Origin: a virus
Lineage: Duplodnaviria > Heunggongvirae > Uroviricota > Caudoviricetes
DNA length: 64,000 bases
IMG/VR virus record: IMGVR_UViG_2850773344_000009
Reading direction: 5' to 3' (one strand)
The notes beneath the pieces are model-generated. The model did not search any database, had not been told where the DNA came from, and saw only the letters and a list, made by a program, of their open reading frames with translations. Of this stretch, positions 40,442-52,989 are shown piece after piece (the first letter of the stretch is position 1; every line of letters begins with the position of its first letter). The position numbers and the translations under genes are program-made.

Positions 40442-41624
40442 CGGAGGGTTTCGTGGTCATGTTCATCGGTGTGAGATAGACATTCCCACCGGGACGCGGA
40501 TTCATATCTTCCAGGTCGCGGCAGTCATTGGGAGAGTAAATTCCCCAGTTAATCCCGGTGGCGTAGGCTTCAAAACGGGACTTCATATCCCCGCGCAGTA
40601 ACGCCCCGGCGTTAAATTTGGCGTAATAAACGCCCTGCTTACTTTTTCGTACCAGTCCGGTGTTGATCCGCTGTTCGATGCGGGTCAGATACGGCACCAG
40701 TGAATAGTTGATAAATCCGAGCCCCAGTTCTTCGATATTGTTGAAGGTGGCGCGATCGGTGTTCTGCACCATGTGCAATGGCACCCGGAACAGACGACAG
40801 ATTTCTTCAAGCTGAAACTTGCGGGTTTCCAGGAACTGGCTGTCCTCTGCGTTCAACGCCATCGACTTCCAGTCCCGCCCCATCTCAAGGATCATCGGGC
40901 GGTGAGCATTGCCAAGCCCGGTGTGACGCTCCTCAAAATCTTTCTTCAGGCGCTCATAAGCCTGATCCGACAGCGTCTGCTCTGTACGCAACACACCCGA
41001 CGTCACCGCGCCATTGCTGAACAGTCTGGCCCCGTGCTCTTCGGTCGCTGCCGCCAGCGATATTGCCTCGCGGGCATAGGCGATGGGATTCAGTCCCACC
41101 AGACCGTCCAGCGTCAGCGTGCGCACATGCCAGATATCTTCCTGGCTCAGTACATCCGTGGAGCCATCCGGAAATGTGACCTGGTAAACCGGTTCCCAGC
41201 TACTGTTAAGCTTCGGTACCACACAACCGGGATCGACGGGCAGCAGTTCAGCCACTTCGCCAAATGCTTTCACTTTGTAGGCGTAAAAATTTCCCCTCAG
41301 ACACAGACAGGTGACCACCAGCTCCCATAACTCCTGCGGCGTCATATAGCTATTGGGATGCGTGGAGATCAGTTTATGCAGACGTTCGCCGGTGGCTCTC
41401 TGCTTCAGGCTGCCGTTCAGGTGATACAGATTGCAGGGCAACATCCCGACCGACTCTGCCAGCACTCTGACGCAGGAAAAAACCGCCGTCAGTCGCATGG
41501 CTCGCTGACTGCTGATCTGCTTTCCGGTATAGGTGTCGTAGGACAACCCGATGGCATCCGCCAGCTCTGCTGGCGTGGTCACCGGTGCGTCACTTTTTCG
41601 TTGAAATAATCCCGAAAAGAACAC
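40383..41624 (-). CDS. Portal protein, HK97 family
   Basis: 413-aa ORF downstream of the terminase remnant. Confidence 0.8.
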   Translation of the reverse strand: MFFSGLFQRKSDAPVTTPAELADAIGLSYDTYTGKQISSQRAMRLTAVFSCVRVLAESVGMLPCNLYHLNGSLKQRATGERLHKLISTHPNSYMTPQELWELVVTCLCLRGNFYAYKVKAFGEVAELLPVDPGCVVPKLNSSWEPVYQVTFPDGSTDVLSQEDIWHVRTLTLDGLVGLNPIAYAREAISLAAATEEHGARLFSNGAVTSGVLRTEQTLSDQAYERLKKDFEERHTGLGNAHRPMILEMGRDWKSMALNAEDSQFLETRKFQLEEICRLFRVPLHMVQNTDRATFNNIEELGLGFINYSLVPYLTRIEQRINTGLVRKSKQGVYYAKFNAGALLRGDMKSRFEAYATGINWGIYSPNDCRDLEDMNPRPGGNVYLTPMNMTTKPSDGSKAGKQKDNANADETTS

Positions 41625-41806
41625 TATTTACCTCCACCAACAGACAGCTGTGTACGGTCGAGATATCGCACCACCAGCCACGACCAGAACAGGCACAACG
41701 CCCCGGCAACAACAAACCCCGCCGGGGGATAAATCAGCCAGGCACCATACGCCAGCAAAAGCGCCCCCAGCACGCCCACCAGAGGCGCGAGAATCAGCAT
41801 GATCAT
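41624..41806 (-). CDS. Small membrane protein
   Basis: 60-aa two-TM ORF between the terminase remnant and portal. Confidence 0.35.
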   Translation of the reverse strand: MIMLILAPLVGVLGALLLAYGAWLIYPPAGFVVAGALCLFWSWLVVRYLDRTQLSVGGGK

Positions 41807-41817
41807 AATTACCTCAG

Positions 41818-42237
41818 TTAAAGCGAGCGGATCCCATAGGACTCAATGTAGTCAGACAACGTGTCTTCTTTCTCGTACAGCATGGCTCTGCCAACCGCCA
41901 TAATCAGCGCAACTGCACCATCGATTTTGTTTTCCGCCTGCTCTTTGACGGGCTTCACCACATCATCGTTACCCGGAATGGTTTTGCCGACCACGTTGCC
42001 GATACACCAGGTCATGATGGGATTGCCATCATGATGAAAGCGCCCCGATTCAATTGCCGCTTCCAGCTCTTTCATCGGGTCGGACATGTTGGTGTAGTTC
42101 TGAATGATAGTGATGGGGTTCAGGTCTTCATCAGCAAGGTCATGTGACAACCCGGTCGCCCCGAAGGGGTCGATGGGTGACTCACTGACCGGGCTGATTT
42201 TGTTCGCCGCTTTGGCCTCCTCGAGGATGTAGCGATA
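41818..42237 (-). pseudogene. Terminase large subunit, C-terminal remnant (N-terminal ~400 codons lost at the IS600 junction)
   Basis: Only ~110-140 C-terminal residues remain, ending against IS600 at 42238. Confidence 0.7.
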
Positions 42238-42301
42238 TGAGGTAGCCTGAGTTTAACGGACACTCCTTCCTGAAATAGAATGGCATCAGAAGGAGCTAAT
42301 A

Positions 42302-42604
42302 ATGAGCAGAAAAACCCAACGTTACTCTAAAGAGTTCAAAGCCGAAGCTGTCAGAACGGTTCTTGAAAATCAACTTTCAATCAGTGAAGGCGCTTCCCGA
42401 TTATCCCTTCCTGAAGGCACTTTAGGACAATGGGTTACCGCCGCCAGAAAAGGGCTCGGTACTCCTGGTTCCCGCACGGTGGCTGAACTGGAATCTGAAA
42501 TTCTGCAACTGCGTAAGGCGTTAAATGAAGCTCGCCTTGAGCGAGATATATTAAAAAAAGCAACAGCGTATTTTGCACAGGAGTCGCTGAAAAATACGCG
42601 TTAA
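42302..42604 (+). CDS. IS600 OrfA
   Basis: Identical to the OrfA at 1257..1559. Confidence 0.85.
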   Translation: MSRKTQRYSKEFKAEAVRTVLENQLSISEGASRLSLPEGTLGQWVTAARKGLGTPGSRTVAELESEILQLRKALNEARLERDILKKATAYFAQESLKNTR

Positions 42605-42639
42605 TCGAACAATGGCGACAACAATTTCCCATTGAAGCG

Positions 42640-43077
42640 ATGTGTCAGGTATTTGGTGTATCCAGGAGCGGTTATTACAACTGGGTACAGCATGAACCCT
42701 CAGACAGAAAACAAAGTGATGAGCGGCTAAAACTGGAGGTTAAGGTGGCACATATCCGCACTCGCGAAACATATGGAACCCGGCGGCTCCAGACGGAGCT
42801 GGCAGAGAATGGCATCATCGTTGGTCGTGACCGACTGGCACGTCTTCGTAAGGAGCTGAGGCTACGCTGTAAGCAGAAACGCAAGTTCAGAGCGACTACG
42901 AACCCGAACCACAATCTGCCAGTTGCGCCAAATCTGCTGAACCAGACGTTCGCTCCTACAGCACCAAATCAGGTCTGGGTGGCGGACCTGACGTATGTTG
43001 CCACACAGGAGGGATGGTTGTACCTCGCTGGCATCAAAGATGTTTATACGTGCGAAATTGTCGGCTACGCCATGTAA
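42640..43077 (+). pseudogene. IS600 OrfB, truncated after codon ~145
   Basis: Matches the N-terminal half of OrfB at 403..1221 with one substitution (I/V). Confidence 0.8.
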
Positions 43078-43122
43078 CGTTGAACCGCCCCGGGTTTCCT
43101 GGAGAGTGTTTTATCTGTGAAC

Positions 43123-44005
<883 letters not shown>

Positions 44006-44009
<4 letters not shown>

Positions 44010-44332
44010 TTTTTCCAGAGGCGGTCGAACTCCGCCTTCGCAAAATAAGCGGAAGCCTGGCGAAGGATATCGTTACTGCGGCGCAGTTCACGATTTTCAC
44101 GTTCCGGCTCTTTCAGACGCTGACGTTCAGCGGTGGTGAGCCCTCCATCACCGCCCCCGGTATCCCGCTCATGCTGGCGAACCCAGACACGCAGAGTCTC
44201 CGGCGTACAGCCAATCTTTGGGGCAATGGAACAAATTGTCGCCCATTGTGAGTCATATTCGCCCTGACTTTCCAGAACCATACGGACTGCCCGTTGACGG
44301 ACTTCGGGGGAAAAACGAGTATTTTTAGTCAT
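44006..44332 (-). CDS. IS629 OrfA
   Basis: 108-aa [44 protein letters not shown]... Confidence 0.85.
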
Positions 44333-44400
44333 CCTGTTTACCTCTTTCTCAGGAAGTTTAGTCTCCAGGATTCCCGGGGCGGTTCACGTTGGGTTTTTCT

Positions 44401-44470
44401 GCTCATTATTAGCTCCTTCTGATGCCATTCTATTTCAGGAAGGAGTGTCCGTTAAACTCAGGCTACCTCA
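44401..44470 (-). mobile_element. IS600 left-end fragment (~70 bp), inverted relative to the adjacent partial IS600
   Basis: Reverse complement of the first ~70 nt of IS600, including the OrfA start codon. Confidence 0.8.
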
Positions 44471-46188
44471 ACTCTCTTTTCAATAGGGTCAAGGTTTTTC
44501 ATCCCGCCAAGATCTTCTTCCACCTGTTTGAGCATTGACCTTGTTGATGGCGCATCAATTTTTGCACCTGCAGGCATCGCCTTTTCAACATTGCGATAAA
44601 GCTGGTCGCTTCGTTTCATCAGCGCAGACATTCTTCCATTGACCGTATCAATAAACTTGTCGCTCATACCAAGAGCATCTTTTGCACCGGAAACGCGATC
44701 AATTATCTCACCCGCGCCCTGTGCTAGCTGCCTGATTGCTTCATTTTCCTGCACCTGTAGAGCAGAACCCGCACGGGACTTGATTGCTTGCTCAACTGCC
44801 TTGTATTGCTCGTTCCCGGAAAAGTGTGAAGGGAGTAATGAATCAACATTAAGCCTTTCAGCAGACTCCAGAACTTCAGCCTGAGGATTGATATCTAGTT
44901 CATCAAGCGATGAAGCGAGATTTGGCCTTTTTTGTGCTGCTACTGTGCGAACGACTTCCTCTGGGTTCTTCGTCGCAGGCGTCATTGGTACACCTTGTGC
45001 TACTCTTGCCTCTGCGGCATGAACCGCAGGATTTGTTGCTGCAGCGGCATCACCGGAGAATGGTGATGTTTCTGTTGGCGCAGTGGTCGCTCTCTGTGCA
45101 GATGTTTTATTGCCACTAATTATATTTGATGCACCACGAACACCACGGGTAACGCCATTTATCAGGCCATGCGTAGCAATGCTAAGTCCGGCATTAATAG
45201 CGGCATTTTCGGCAAAATCACCCCGTTGATTCGCCGCGTCAGCGAGAGAACCAATGACCATGTTTCCAGCTACACCTGCTCCAGGAACAAGATAACCGCC
45301 TATTGACTCTCCAGCTTGCGCGTAGGGGTCTGTCGGTCTGTCTACTGGACGATAAACATCATCCAATACTTTTGGCCCCCCAAGCCCCTGACTGATTGCA
45401 TTAATCAGACTTGCGCCACCCTGCAATACGTCAAATGGTATGTTTACCAGACCACGACCAGCCTGTTCTGCAATTTGCCCTGCACTTTGACCACCAGTGA
45501 GCCAATCGCCAGCTTGTTGCATCAATGATGGTTCTTCCCGTGTTGGTGCATTATTGGCCTGATTAACTGTTTGTTGCTGAACAGGTTTCGGTGCGACAGA
45601 ACTTACGGGTTGAGGTGGCTGCTGACTGGCTGCCTGCTGCTCAATCTGAGCAAATGGATTATTTGGGTCTGACTGCACACCTGATGCCGATACTTGTTCG
45701 GATGACTGTACTTCCAGTTGTGCAAACGGGTTGTTAGGGTCTTGCTGAGGATGTACCTTTGCAGAGGTGGCGCGCTGTTCGACTGTTGAGTCTGTCACCG
45801 GGTCACCCGCCCATTGAGCAAAGCGATCATCAACGTAACCGCGGCCTTCAGGTCCTGGCGTATATTCACCACGCTTTGCCTTCATAACGTTGCCGGGACC
45901 GTCGTGATAAGCCTGAAGAGCGTCACGCCAGTTACCAAACTGCTGGTACATCTTTGCCAGATAGCGCGCGCCAGCGTCAGCCTGATATTCGGGGTTTTGC
46001 ATTTGCTCATCGGTATAACCCATATCACGCCATGTCCCAGGCATGACCTGAGTCAATCCTACAGCCCCGGCGGAGCTTACTGCGGCAGGGTTGTAAGAAG
46101 ACTCCTTGGCACCCAGTGCAGTCATCAACCCTTCTGGCACACCGTAACGTGCGCCAGCCTGCTCTAACAAATCACGGTAATTAGCCAT
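44458..46188 (-). CDS. Ejection/internal virion protein with N-terminal lytic transglycosylase (SLT) domain, gp16 position; C-terminus replaced by IS600-derived codons
   Basis: 576-aa ORF; N-terminal SLT-like motifs ([26 protein letters not shown]); last codons and stop are encoded by the IS600 fragment. Confidence 0.6.
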   Translation of the reverse strand: MANYRDLLEQAGARYGVPEGLMTALGAKESSYNPAAVSSAGAVGLTQVMPGTWRDMGYTDEQMQNPEYQADAGARYLAKMYQQFGNWRDALQAYHDGPGNVMKAKRGEYTPGPEGRGYVDDRFAQWAGDPVTDSTVEQRATSAKVHPQQDPNNPFAQLEVQSSEQVSASGVQSDPNNPFAQIEQQAASQQPPQPVSSVAPKPVQQQTVNQANNAPTREEPSLMQQAGDWLTGGQSAGQIAEQAGRGLVNIPFDVLQGGASLINAISQGLGGPKVLDDVYRPVDRPTDPYAQAGESIGGYLVPGAGVAGNMVIGSLADAANQRGDFAENAAINAGLSIATHGLINGVTRGVRGASNIISGNKTSAQRATTAPTETSPFSGDAAAATNPAVHAAEARVAQGVPMTPATKNPEEVVRTVAAQKRPNLASSLDELDINPQAEVLESAERLNVDSLLPSHFSGNEQYKAVEQAIKSRAGSALQVQENEAIRQLAQGAGEIIDRVSGAKDALGMSDKFIDTVNGRMSALMKRSDQLYRNVEKAMPAGAKIDAPSTRSMLKQVEEDLGGMKNLDPIEKRVEVA

Positions 46189-47520
46189 TTACTGCCCCAA
46201 AGATGGAAGATATCCGTAGCGATTAATGAAGTCGATTGACAGCTCGGGGTGCTGCTTCAGGTAATCTATAGAAGCCTGAGGCGCTTCCACTCGCTTGATA
46301 CCGTTTTGCTGAACGTACTTACCAACCGCCTCATTACGCTTCTGGTTGAGCGTGTTCAGGATGACGCCAGCGTTGCGACGAAAGGACTCCTCGCTCTGCG
46401 AGTTCTGCAGCGAACCAACAGCCTGGTCGAGCTTTTTGCCCTCGGCATCAGAAAGTGCGCCCATGCCTCGCATGGCCTGAACCGCTGTCAGGTATGCTTG
46501 GGATTTAAAGGTATCAAGTCGTGCCTGAGTGTCTGCAGCCTGTGAGCCTGGAACGTTGGGGATTACTCCACGTAAGCCTGTAATGCTCTTAAGTGAAGGA
46601 GAACTAACGATATCGTTCAGAGTGAACATGCTGGTTGTGAGGGTGTTGATGCCGTCTTTGTAGCCATCATTTAGCGCTTGCTGCTTCTGCTGCAACTGCT
46701 GATTGTTGGCTGCTATGCGGCTCTGTATTTCCTGGCGCTTCAGGTCGTTAGTTTCTGCTGATAGCATCCGGTCAAGGCGCTTATTTTCGTTGTTAATGCG
46801 GTTTGTTTCTGCGTCCAGATTAATGCGCTGCTGACCTAAATTCGCCTGGATATCTTGCCCGCGCATTGTGATTGCCTGATTCCGAGCGGCGGTTTGCGAA
46901 TCCAGGTCCTGACCGCGCATGGTAACTTGGCGACCCTGCATTTTATCCTGTAGGTCAAAGTATTTTTCGGGCCCGAGACTGTTCATCCCCAGGTGATCGA
47001 CAAATTCGCCGAACTGCCGCGGGTTCTGTTGGTACATCTGAGCGACGTCCTGAGGATTAACGCCAACACGAGCTAACTCACCGGCGTTGTTTTGCAGCCA
47101 TGATTGCATTGCTTCTGGAGACGATGACGCAAGGCGTGCGCCAGCCGCTAAGGTGCCGATAGAATTACGCTGGTCTTCATCAATGAATCCCATGCCTTTA
47201 CGAACGGATTCAATCTGGTCTGGATATTGAGTAGCCAACTGACGCAAAGCACCGCGATCACCAGACGCATAAGCATTAGCGTACGCCTGCTGAAATTCTT
47301 TCTGCCGCTGAGCCTGCTTTTCCTGCTGAAAAACACCCGCAATACCTGAAAGACCTTGCAAAGCAGTCAGCCCAACATTGTTAGCGCCTGAACGCTCAAT
47401 ATCATTGTTCTGCCTGATAAGCTGAAGCGTATTGCCGATGTCATTTACGTTCGGAGCGTTTGAGTTGACGCCGCCGATACCAGCCAATAATCCGCCATTT
47501 GATCCTTGCCAAGTAGCCAT
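46189..47520 (-). CDS. Ejection protein, P22 gp20-like
   Basis: 443-aa Gln-rich ORF in the gp7-gp20-gp16 order. Confidence 0.55.
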   Translation of the reverse strand: MATWQGSNGGLLAGIGGVNSNAPNVNDIGNTLQLIRQNNDIERSGANNVGLTALQGLSGIAGVFQQEKQAQRQKEFQQAYANAYASGDRGALRQLATQYPDQIESVRKGMGFIDEDQRNSIGTLAAGARLASSSPEAMQSWLQNNAGELARVGVNPQDVAQMYQQNPRQFGEFVDHLGMNSLGPEKYFDLQDKMQGRQVTMRGQDLDSQTAARNQAITMRGQDIQANLGQQRINLDAETNRINNENKRLDRMLSAETNDLKRQEIQSRIAANNQQLQQKQQALNDGYKDGINTLTTSMFTLNDIVSSPSLKSITGLRGVIPNVPGSQAADTQARLDTFKSQAYLTAVQAMRGMGALSDAEGKKLDQAVGSLQNSQSEESFRRNAGVILNTLNQKRNEAVGKYVQQNGIKRVEAPQASIDYLKQHPELSIDFINRYGYLPSLGQ

Positions 47521-47529
47521 GATTACCCC

Positions 47530-48222
47530 TTAAAACAACGAGCCAAGCAATCCGATACCAGCACCAATGCCAGCGCCCCAAGGTGTTGATGTTCCCAAAA
47601 GGCTGGCAAGACCTGCACCGGCAATCGCACCAGACGTTCCGCCACTAATTGCTGTCTGAAGACTTGATGGTTTGTTGGCATTAGCAGCGGCAAGAGCTGC
47701 GCTTTGCTGTGCAATGCTGCTCATGTTGTTGGCGTATGTCTGCCCGGCGTTTGCCTGACCTTGCAGCGCACCAAGCCCAACGTTTGCCAGATTGTTGTAA
47801 TTGCTCATCTGATTTGATAACCAAGACTGACCGAGTGTCGGCGCGATCGTAGCCAGTTGATTGCTTGTGGCTGTCGAACCAAGTCCACCCGTCGCCTCCG
47901 CAGCAGCAAGACTCTGGTAACGAGCCTGACCTGCAAGGTCTTTATACTGCTGAGAGTTGTAATACTGATTAAGTGCCTGCCCCTGACCTTCTAAACTGGA
48001 AAGGTTCTGAAGCTGGTTAACATACTGCTCCGCAAGAGGCGTGAACGGAGCAAGGTTTTTCATGATCGTCTGCCACTGCTGATTTTGCAGGTCTGCGGCA
48101 TACTTCTGAGCTTCTGCTGCATACTTTGCGCTTTTATCAGAGCTGCCACCTTTCCCGCCTTTTTCAGGGCAATAAGGTTCCTCGCCGCGCAGTTTTCTGC
48201 CCAGCTTAAATGCATATAACAT
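47530..48222 (-). CDS. Ejection protein, P22 gp7-like
   Basis: 230-aa ORF with Gly-rich C-terminus; size matches gp7. Confidence 0.55.
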   Translation of the reverse strand: MLYAFKLGRKLRGEEPYCPEKGGKGGSSDKSAKYAAEAQKYAADLQNQQWQTIMKNLAPFTPLAEQYVNQLQNLSSLEGQGQALNQYYNSQQYKDLAGQARYQSLAAAEATGGLGSTATSNQLATIAPTLGQSWLSNQMSNYNNLANVGLGALQGQANAGQTYANNMSSIAQQSAALAAANANKPSSLQTAISGGTSGAIAGAGLASLLGTSTPWGAGIGAGIGLLGSLF

Positions 48223-48224
48223 GG

Positions 48225-48680
48225 CTATCTCCCGTGATTCAGGAAGTCGATTAGTTCTTCGCGTGTGGCGCTGTAAAACGTCACGTCATCCACGCCTTTG
48301 AAGTATTTCTTGATGGTTCCTACACGCTTAAGGCCAACCATTGCGCAGTACATCTGACCGTGGCGGAATTTGCGTGCAGCGAACGATGTGACGCACTGAA
48401 CGGTGGTGTTAGTCAGAATGTATCGCCAGAACGACAGCCCGATTTCCTTGCTGAAGCCGCGAATCTCTGGCAGGTACATGGCGTGGCAATCGAATGCCAG
48501 CGGCTGAATTTCCTGATAGTAAACAATGCCGCCGAACTGCCCGTGCACGTTCACCTCAAAGTAACGGCAATCAGGTTTGTAGTCGTATCCATCACCGTTG
48601 TTGCTCCCGGCGATAATGTCAGGGTGATTTCCTACTGCTTCGATCAGGTCGATGTTTCGCGTTGGTTTGAACTGAATCAT
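48225..48680 (-). CDS. Virion protein, P22 gp14-like
   Basis: 151-aa ORF between tail needle and gp7. Confidence 0.5.
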   Translation of the reverse strand: MIQFKPTRNIDLIEAVGNHPDIIAGSNNGDGYDYKPDCRYFEVNVHGQFGGIVYYQEIQPLAFDCHAMYLPEIRGFSKEIGLSFWRYILTNTTVQCVTSFAARKFRHGQMYCAMVGLKRVGTIKKYFKGVDDVTFYSATREELIDFLNHGR

Positions 48681-49528
48681 TACTGCTCCGCGATTATCTT
48701 GATGGTTGTGGCAGTAAACGCCGCACCATTTGACTGAATGGTTAACGTGCTGCCATTTGCGGCAAGAAATCCGTCTTTATCCACGCTGAAGAACGTAGCT
48801 AACAGGATGTTATCGGTTGTTGTCGCCGAGTTGCGACTGCTTACCAGCGTGTCAGGAACAGCGCCGGAAAAGGTTAGCTGCATTGACCTGTTGGCGGTTC
48901 CGCTGGGCCACGTCCCGACAATCGACAGCTTGAAGAACAGGGTTTTGTTCTCGTTGAACACAACCATCTTGTTGTTAACGGTGTCGAAGAATGGTGTCAA
49001 CGAGCCGGATGACGGCGTGAGCGTTTTCAGCAGGCTAACAAGGTTGGTCGGCGCTGTCGGGATGGTTACTGATACGCCAGAGTAAACAACCTCTGACTTC
49101 TTGCGAGTAGTGGCATACTCCAGAGCATCGATGCGCGTTTCATGGTCTGAAACCTGCGATTCCAGCGACTGAACTCTGGTATCAAGCGACGCAATATCGC
49201 TTTCATTCTGAGCGATTCGCGTTTCATGTTCCTGAAGAGTTGATTCTGCCTGGCTGATTCGCTCCTCATGATTAACAAGCGTTGCTTCCGCAGCAGAAAT
49301 TCGCTGCTCATGGTCAGCGAGAATCACATCCTGCTCATCGTTCCTGACCTGTGCATCATAAGCGCCCTGTCCGGCCTCGTTGGCCTTGTTAGCCACATTA
49401 CCAACATCAGTGCCCTGTGCGATAACGTAAAGCAGATACGACTGCGAGAAGATATTGCGTGGAAGGACTGATGTGTCGAGCCGTGTGGCCTGAATGATTA
49501 CCGGCACATTGAGATTCGAATCCGCCAT
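48680..49528 (-). CDS. Tail needle protein (gp26-like N-terminus with C-terminal knob extension, Sf6-like)
   Basis: N-terminus [43 protein letters not shown]... matches P22 gp26; 282 aa versus 233 aa in P22. Confidence 0.75.
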   Translation of the reverse strand: MADSNLNVPVIIQATRLDTSVLPRNIFSQSYLLYVIAQGTDVGNVANKANEAGQGAYDAQVRNDEQDVILADHEQRISAAEATLVNHEERISQAESTLQEHETRIAQNESDIASLDTRVQSLESQVSDHETRIDALEYATTRKKSEVVYSGVSVTIPTAPTNLVSLLKTLTPSSGSLTPFFDTVNNKMVVFNENKTLFFKLSIVGTWPSGTANRSMQLTFSGAVPDTLVSSRNSATTTDNILLATFFSVDKDGFLAANGSTLTIQSNGAAFTATTIKIIAEQ

Positions 49529-50946
49529 TACTCAATCCTTATCTGAGCGCCAGACAGAGTGACAGGTGACTTAGTGATAACACGCAATTTGAAGCCGACA
49601 TTTTTCCTGATGCGCCCGACACGCTTCCACAAAACGCGTTTGTCGTAAACGAACGGTTCATTCTGCTCAATCATCTGCTCACGCCCGTAATTTATGCCGT
49701 CAGTGGTTGCAGAGAGAAAAAGGCGGTCAGCATACTGCGCAACGCCAGTTGACGATTCAACCTCAAGGTCGAACACTCTGGCGTTATCCGCTTTGAACAG
49801 TGGAGTAAACAGCAGGTGTTCCTGTTGCTTGTCGTACTGGCTGCTGATGTCGAATTGCAATTTCCCGGTCACGGACTCCAGCTTATCGCCGCACGTTATC
49901 TGATTGCCTTCGTAAATGAAGTCGATAGCGCGGTACACATCGTCATACAGGCCTGTTTTCAGCACACACCATTGCGGACCATTGGCGCTTGAAGATGCGT
50001 CGTACACGAGAACATGGCGCGCAAGATGGATAATCAGCAATTCATGAGCATCAAACCGCAACGATTCCATCACGCCATCAGCCAGTTCATCAGCGGTGTA
50101 GGAGCGGAGGATTTTCTCAATGCTCGCGCTGGCGATTGGTGATACCTGACCGGAGCCGATGATATATACAGACGGCGCACCTGTTGCCGGATTGCTGATG
50201 AACGCATAAGAATCAGCGAATGGCGTTTTGCAGTAAGTCCCGGCAATGCCTTTCTGCACCATCAGCGATGGCTGTGCGACATACAAAGCGGCACCAACGG
50301 TGGTTGCACCCGTCAGGGAGAAATATTCAATCGTCGATGAGCCAAAGCAGACGATGAAGTCTCGCCATGTTCCGATGCCGATGATGCCGTCCGGCTGAGA
50401 TTCTGCGCGATATTGTGCGCTGTAACGGTCAGGATGCGATTCGTCTTCAAGGTCAGTGATAAACCATGAATCAGTGCCGTCTTTTGACCACGCATAACGC
50501 CCACGTAAGCGTGTAATGTCGCGGACTGAACCTAACTCATACTGAGTAAATCCACTGTCTGCAGGCCAGTTTGAGACGGTTTTAACCGTGCCATCATAGC
50601 GATACTCGACCAGTTGACCATTAACGCCTACCGCCTGAGATGTTCGACCATGCGCCATTGATACGCGACCACTTCCGGCAACATCACCGACTTCACTTTC
50701 GCCTTTGTACAGCTTGCCACCACACACGCGATAAACAGCATTTTGTGCCATGTTGTACTCGACGCCGCGAGATACACCGTTCACATCAGAGCGTTTGGCA
50801 ATGCCAGGGAATGAGCGAAGATATCCGCTGCTGTTCAGGATTTCTTTGGGTGTAGCCAGCATATTCACTGGCAGATAGTCGATATAGTCAGCGTTTCGAA
50901 AGTCTTTGCCGACACCTTTCATAAGCGGAAGTTGCTGAATCGGCAT
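49528..50946 (-). CDS. Tail hub protein, P22 gp10-like
   Basis: 472-aa ORF, same size and position as P22 gp10. Confidence 0.7.
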   Translation of the reverse strand: MPIQQLPLMKGVGKDFRNADYIDYLPVNMLATPKEILNSSGYLRSFPGIAKRSDVNGVSRGVEYNMAQNAVYRVCGGKLYKGESEVGDVAGSGRVSMAHGRTSQAVGVNGQLVEYRYDGTVKTVSNWPADSGFTQYELGSVRDITRLRGRYAWSKDGTDSWFITDLEDESHPDRYSAQYRAESQPDGIIGIGTWRDFIVCFGSSTIEYFSLTGATTVGAALYVAQPSLMVQKGIAGTYCKTPFADSYAFISNPATGAPSVYIIGSGQVSPIASASIEKILRSYTADELADGVMESLRFDAHELLIIHLARHVLVYDASSSANGPQWCVLKTGLYDDVYRAIDFIYEGNQITCGDKLESVTGKLQFDISSQYDKQQEHLLFTPLFKADNARVFDLEVESSTGVAQYADRLFLSATTDGINYGREQMIEQNEPFVYDKRVLWKRVGRIRKNVGFKLRVITKSPVTLSGAQIRIE

Positions 50947-51447
50947 TTATTCGCTCCCGTTATCGCAAGGTTCCTTCCGGTGGAAGTAATTCCAACCGTT
51001 CCACTTCGCCAACTGATTACCGCTACCAACAGGCATACGGTTTGGATAACCGGACTTACATTTAGCTGCTTTTGCCCTGTCCATTGCAGACAGTTTGACG
51101 AGTCGCTCTTTCCCGTATCTGGCAGTGGTTATAAGTTTTGCAGACGCTTCCAGCGCATAATCCGGAGCAATTCGGCAGGCAAGGTTGAAAATGACGGCAT
51201 TGATAGCGTTATTTGATAAACCGTGCTCATCGCCCGGATCCGGAGCAACATCTGCATCAGCAAAAATGTAGCCAACGTTGATACCAGGTGACGCATCACC
51301 GCCAAGCCATTCAGCCATCATCATTTCAAGGTCGTTGACGCCGTCTTCCATAGACTGCGGTTCGACATCGGTTAACGTGGCATTTGATGCAACACCGAGC
51401 TTACGTAATGCCGCAAGAACTAAATCACCCTTCGTTGTCAGGTTCAT
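50947..51447 (-). CDS. Head-tail adaptor, P22 gp4-like
   Basis: 166 aa from internal Met; position between coat and gp10. Confidence 0.6.
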   Translation of the reverse strand: MNLTTKGDLVLAALRKLGVASNATLTDVEPQSMEDGVNDLEMMMAEWLGGDASPGINVGYIFADADVAPDPGDEHGLSNNAINAVIFNLACRIAPDYALEASAKLITTARYGKERLVKLSAMDRAKAAKCKSGYPNRMPVGSGNQLAKWNGWNYFHRKEPCDNGSE

Positions 51448-51649
51448 CTGCTGCCGCCTTAGGTTTTCGACCAGGCTTTTTACGCTGTTTTTCTTCTGGC
51501 TCTGCAACATCCTTCAAAAGGTCATCAGGATGTGAAAACCAGCCAGCATCCAGATATTCCTGAAGCTCTTCGGCTTTCACGATTTCAAAGTCGTAGCCAA
51601 CGCCTTTCCACTTCTTCATGTCGCCATGACGAAAGATCATGTGTGTCAT
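51425..51649 (-). CDS. Small hypothetical protein between coat and gp4
   Basis: ~74 aa from internal Met; acidic/basic C-terminal tail. Confidence 0.35.
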   Translation of the reverse strand: MTHMIFRHGDMKKWKGVGYDFEIVKAEELQEYLDAGWFSHPDDLLKDVAEPEEKQRKKPGRKPKAAADEPDNEG

Positions 51650-51693
51650 GCTTGTCTCCAGATAAAAACGGGAGCCGAAGCTCCCTCTGGTTA

Positions 51694-52989
51694 TCACGCG
51701 GTCTGGTTAGGCAGACCAACACCAATTGCCTCTGGTCGTACAGCACATGCTGAATACCACACAGCAATACGGCACTTACCAGACAGAGTGTTGATATCAC
51801 CCTGCGTTGCGAAGATGCCGTTAACACCAATACCTGGAATGCTGAAGGAAGACGTTTTCATGCCAGCAAACAGTTCATGGGTTACCGGGATCGGCTGAGA
51901 CAGCAGGCGGATTGAGTCATCAGCCCAGAACACGTTAGCGGTGGTTGTTGCCACGTTCAGAACGTTTACCGGAGTGGTATCAGCAAGAGAGGTGTTTACG
52001 TTAGCGTAAGCCTTCTCTTCTTTTGTCAGTGACGCGTCATCCAGCGCAATCGGCTTCGGCGTGATTTCGATGTGAGTACCATCGATCACACGGGTGATTG
52101 AGAAAGTCGCGTCATCAGTCAGCACATTCTTCGCCATCTGAGACAGGAACTTCACACCAGTGAAGCTGATTTTGTCGCCGCGCTTAAATCCGGTGGTGGA
52201 GGATACGGTCACCGTTGCAACACGGTTGTCGACGTTCTCTTTGTTACCATCGGTATCAAGGGTGTATGCCTGCGGCTTAAACTTCTGCGCACCAGAAACA
52301 GTTACACCAGTCGCGGTTGACTTGGTAACTGCCGGAAGTTTCGGTGAGCGAAGAATTTCATCAAAGCCAGCAATCTGACGCTGAATAGTACCGTTTCGAT
52401 ATGCTTCTTCAGGAACGCGCCCGAAGATGTCACCATCTACCAGGTTGCGGCCTGCTTTGCGGTAATCGTCAGGGTTCAGGAAGTAACTGATGCCCATGTC
52501 GCGGTTTAGCTCACGGGAGAACATCAGTCGCTCTGCATCAGACACAAAATCCCAGCCAGGCAGGCCAGTCGATGGACCAATTGCGCGGGTATCGTGAACA
52601 ACAAGCGAGCCCATTTCAGTTGCCTGTTTGGCAATCGCTGACTCAATGTTATTCGCCAGTTTTTTGGCGGATGCCTGGATGCGGCGACGGTAAGAACGCT
52701 CATCACGCAGGTCATCTGCACGAAGCTCGAAGAAATCGTTATCCGGATCGCCCATGTTGCACTTCACGGAGAGTTCCAGAATCCCGGTTGCGTTGCCAGT
52801 TAAATCCCAGCCAGTCTGGGTTGGCGCTTCCTGCTCAACAGGCATCCACACGGTGTTGCTTGAACGCTGCATGGATTCTGCCGGAGGGGTGTATTTTGTC
52901 ACTTTTGACGCCATTGGCGTCAGGTTCTGGACGGTTTCGATGATTTCATCCAGAGCATACGTGACCAGTTGACCTTCATTTAATGCCAT
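51694..52989 (-). CDS. Coat protein, P22 gp5-like
   Basis: 431-aa [57 protein letters not shown]... closely matches P22 coat protein. Confidence 0.9.
   Translation of the reverse strand: MALNEGQLVTYALDEIIETVQNLTPMASKVTKYTPPAESMQRSSNTVWMPVEQEAPTQTGWDLTGNATGILELSVKCNMGDPDNDFFELRADDLRDERSYRRRIQASAKKLANNIESAIAKQATEMGSLVVHDTRAIGPSTGLPGWDFVSDAERLMFSRELNRDMGISYFLNPDDYRKAGRNLVDGDIFGRVPEEAYRNGTIQRQIAGFDEILRSPKLPAVTKSTATGVTVSGAQKFKPQAYTLDTDGNKENVDNRVATVTVSSTTGFKRGDKISFTGVKFLSQMAKNVLTDDATFSITRVIDGTHIEITPKPIALDDASLTKEEKAYANVNTSLADTTPVNVLNVATTTANVFWADDSIRLLSQPIPVTHELFAGMKTSSFSIPGIGVNGIFATQGDINTLSGKCRIAVWYSACAVRPEAIGVGLPNQTA

Larger units (their letters stand above)
42238..43080 (+). mobile_element. IS600, 5' portion only (truncated at the IS629 junction)
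   Basis: Left terminus TGAGGTAGCCTGAG..., complete OrfA, first 145 codons of OrfB, then an abrupt switch to the IS629 terminus. Confidence 0.8.

Noticed and set aside
27003..40601. Numerous plus-strand ORFs of 60-200 aa within the tail and head operons
   Set aside because: All are antisense to long, well-ordered minus-strand structural genes and have Arg/Pro/Gly-rich translations typical of GC-rich antisense frames.
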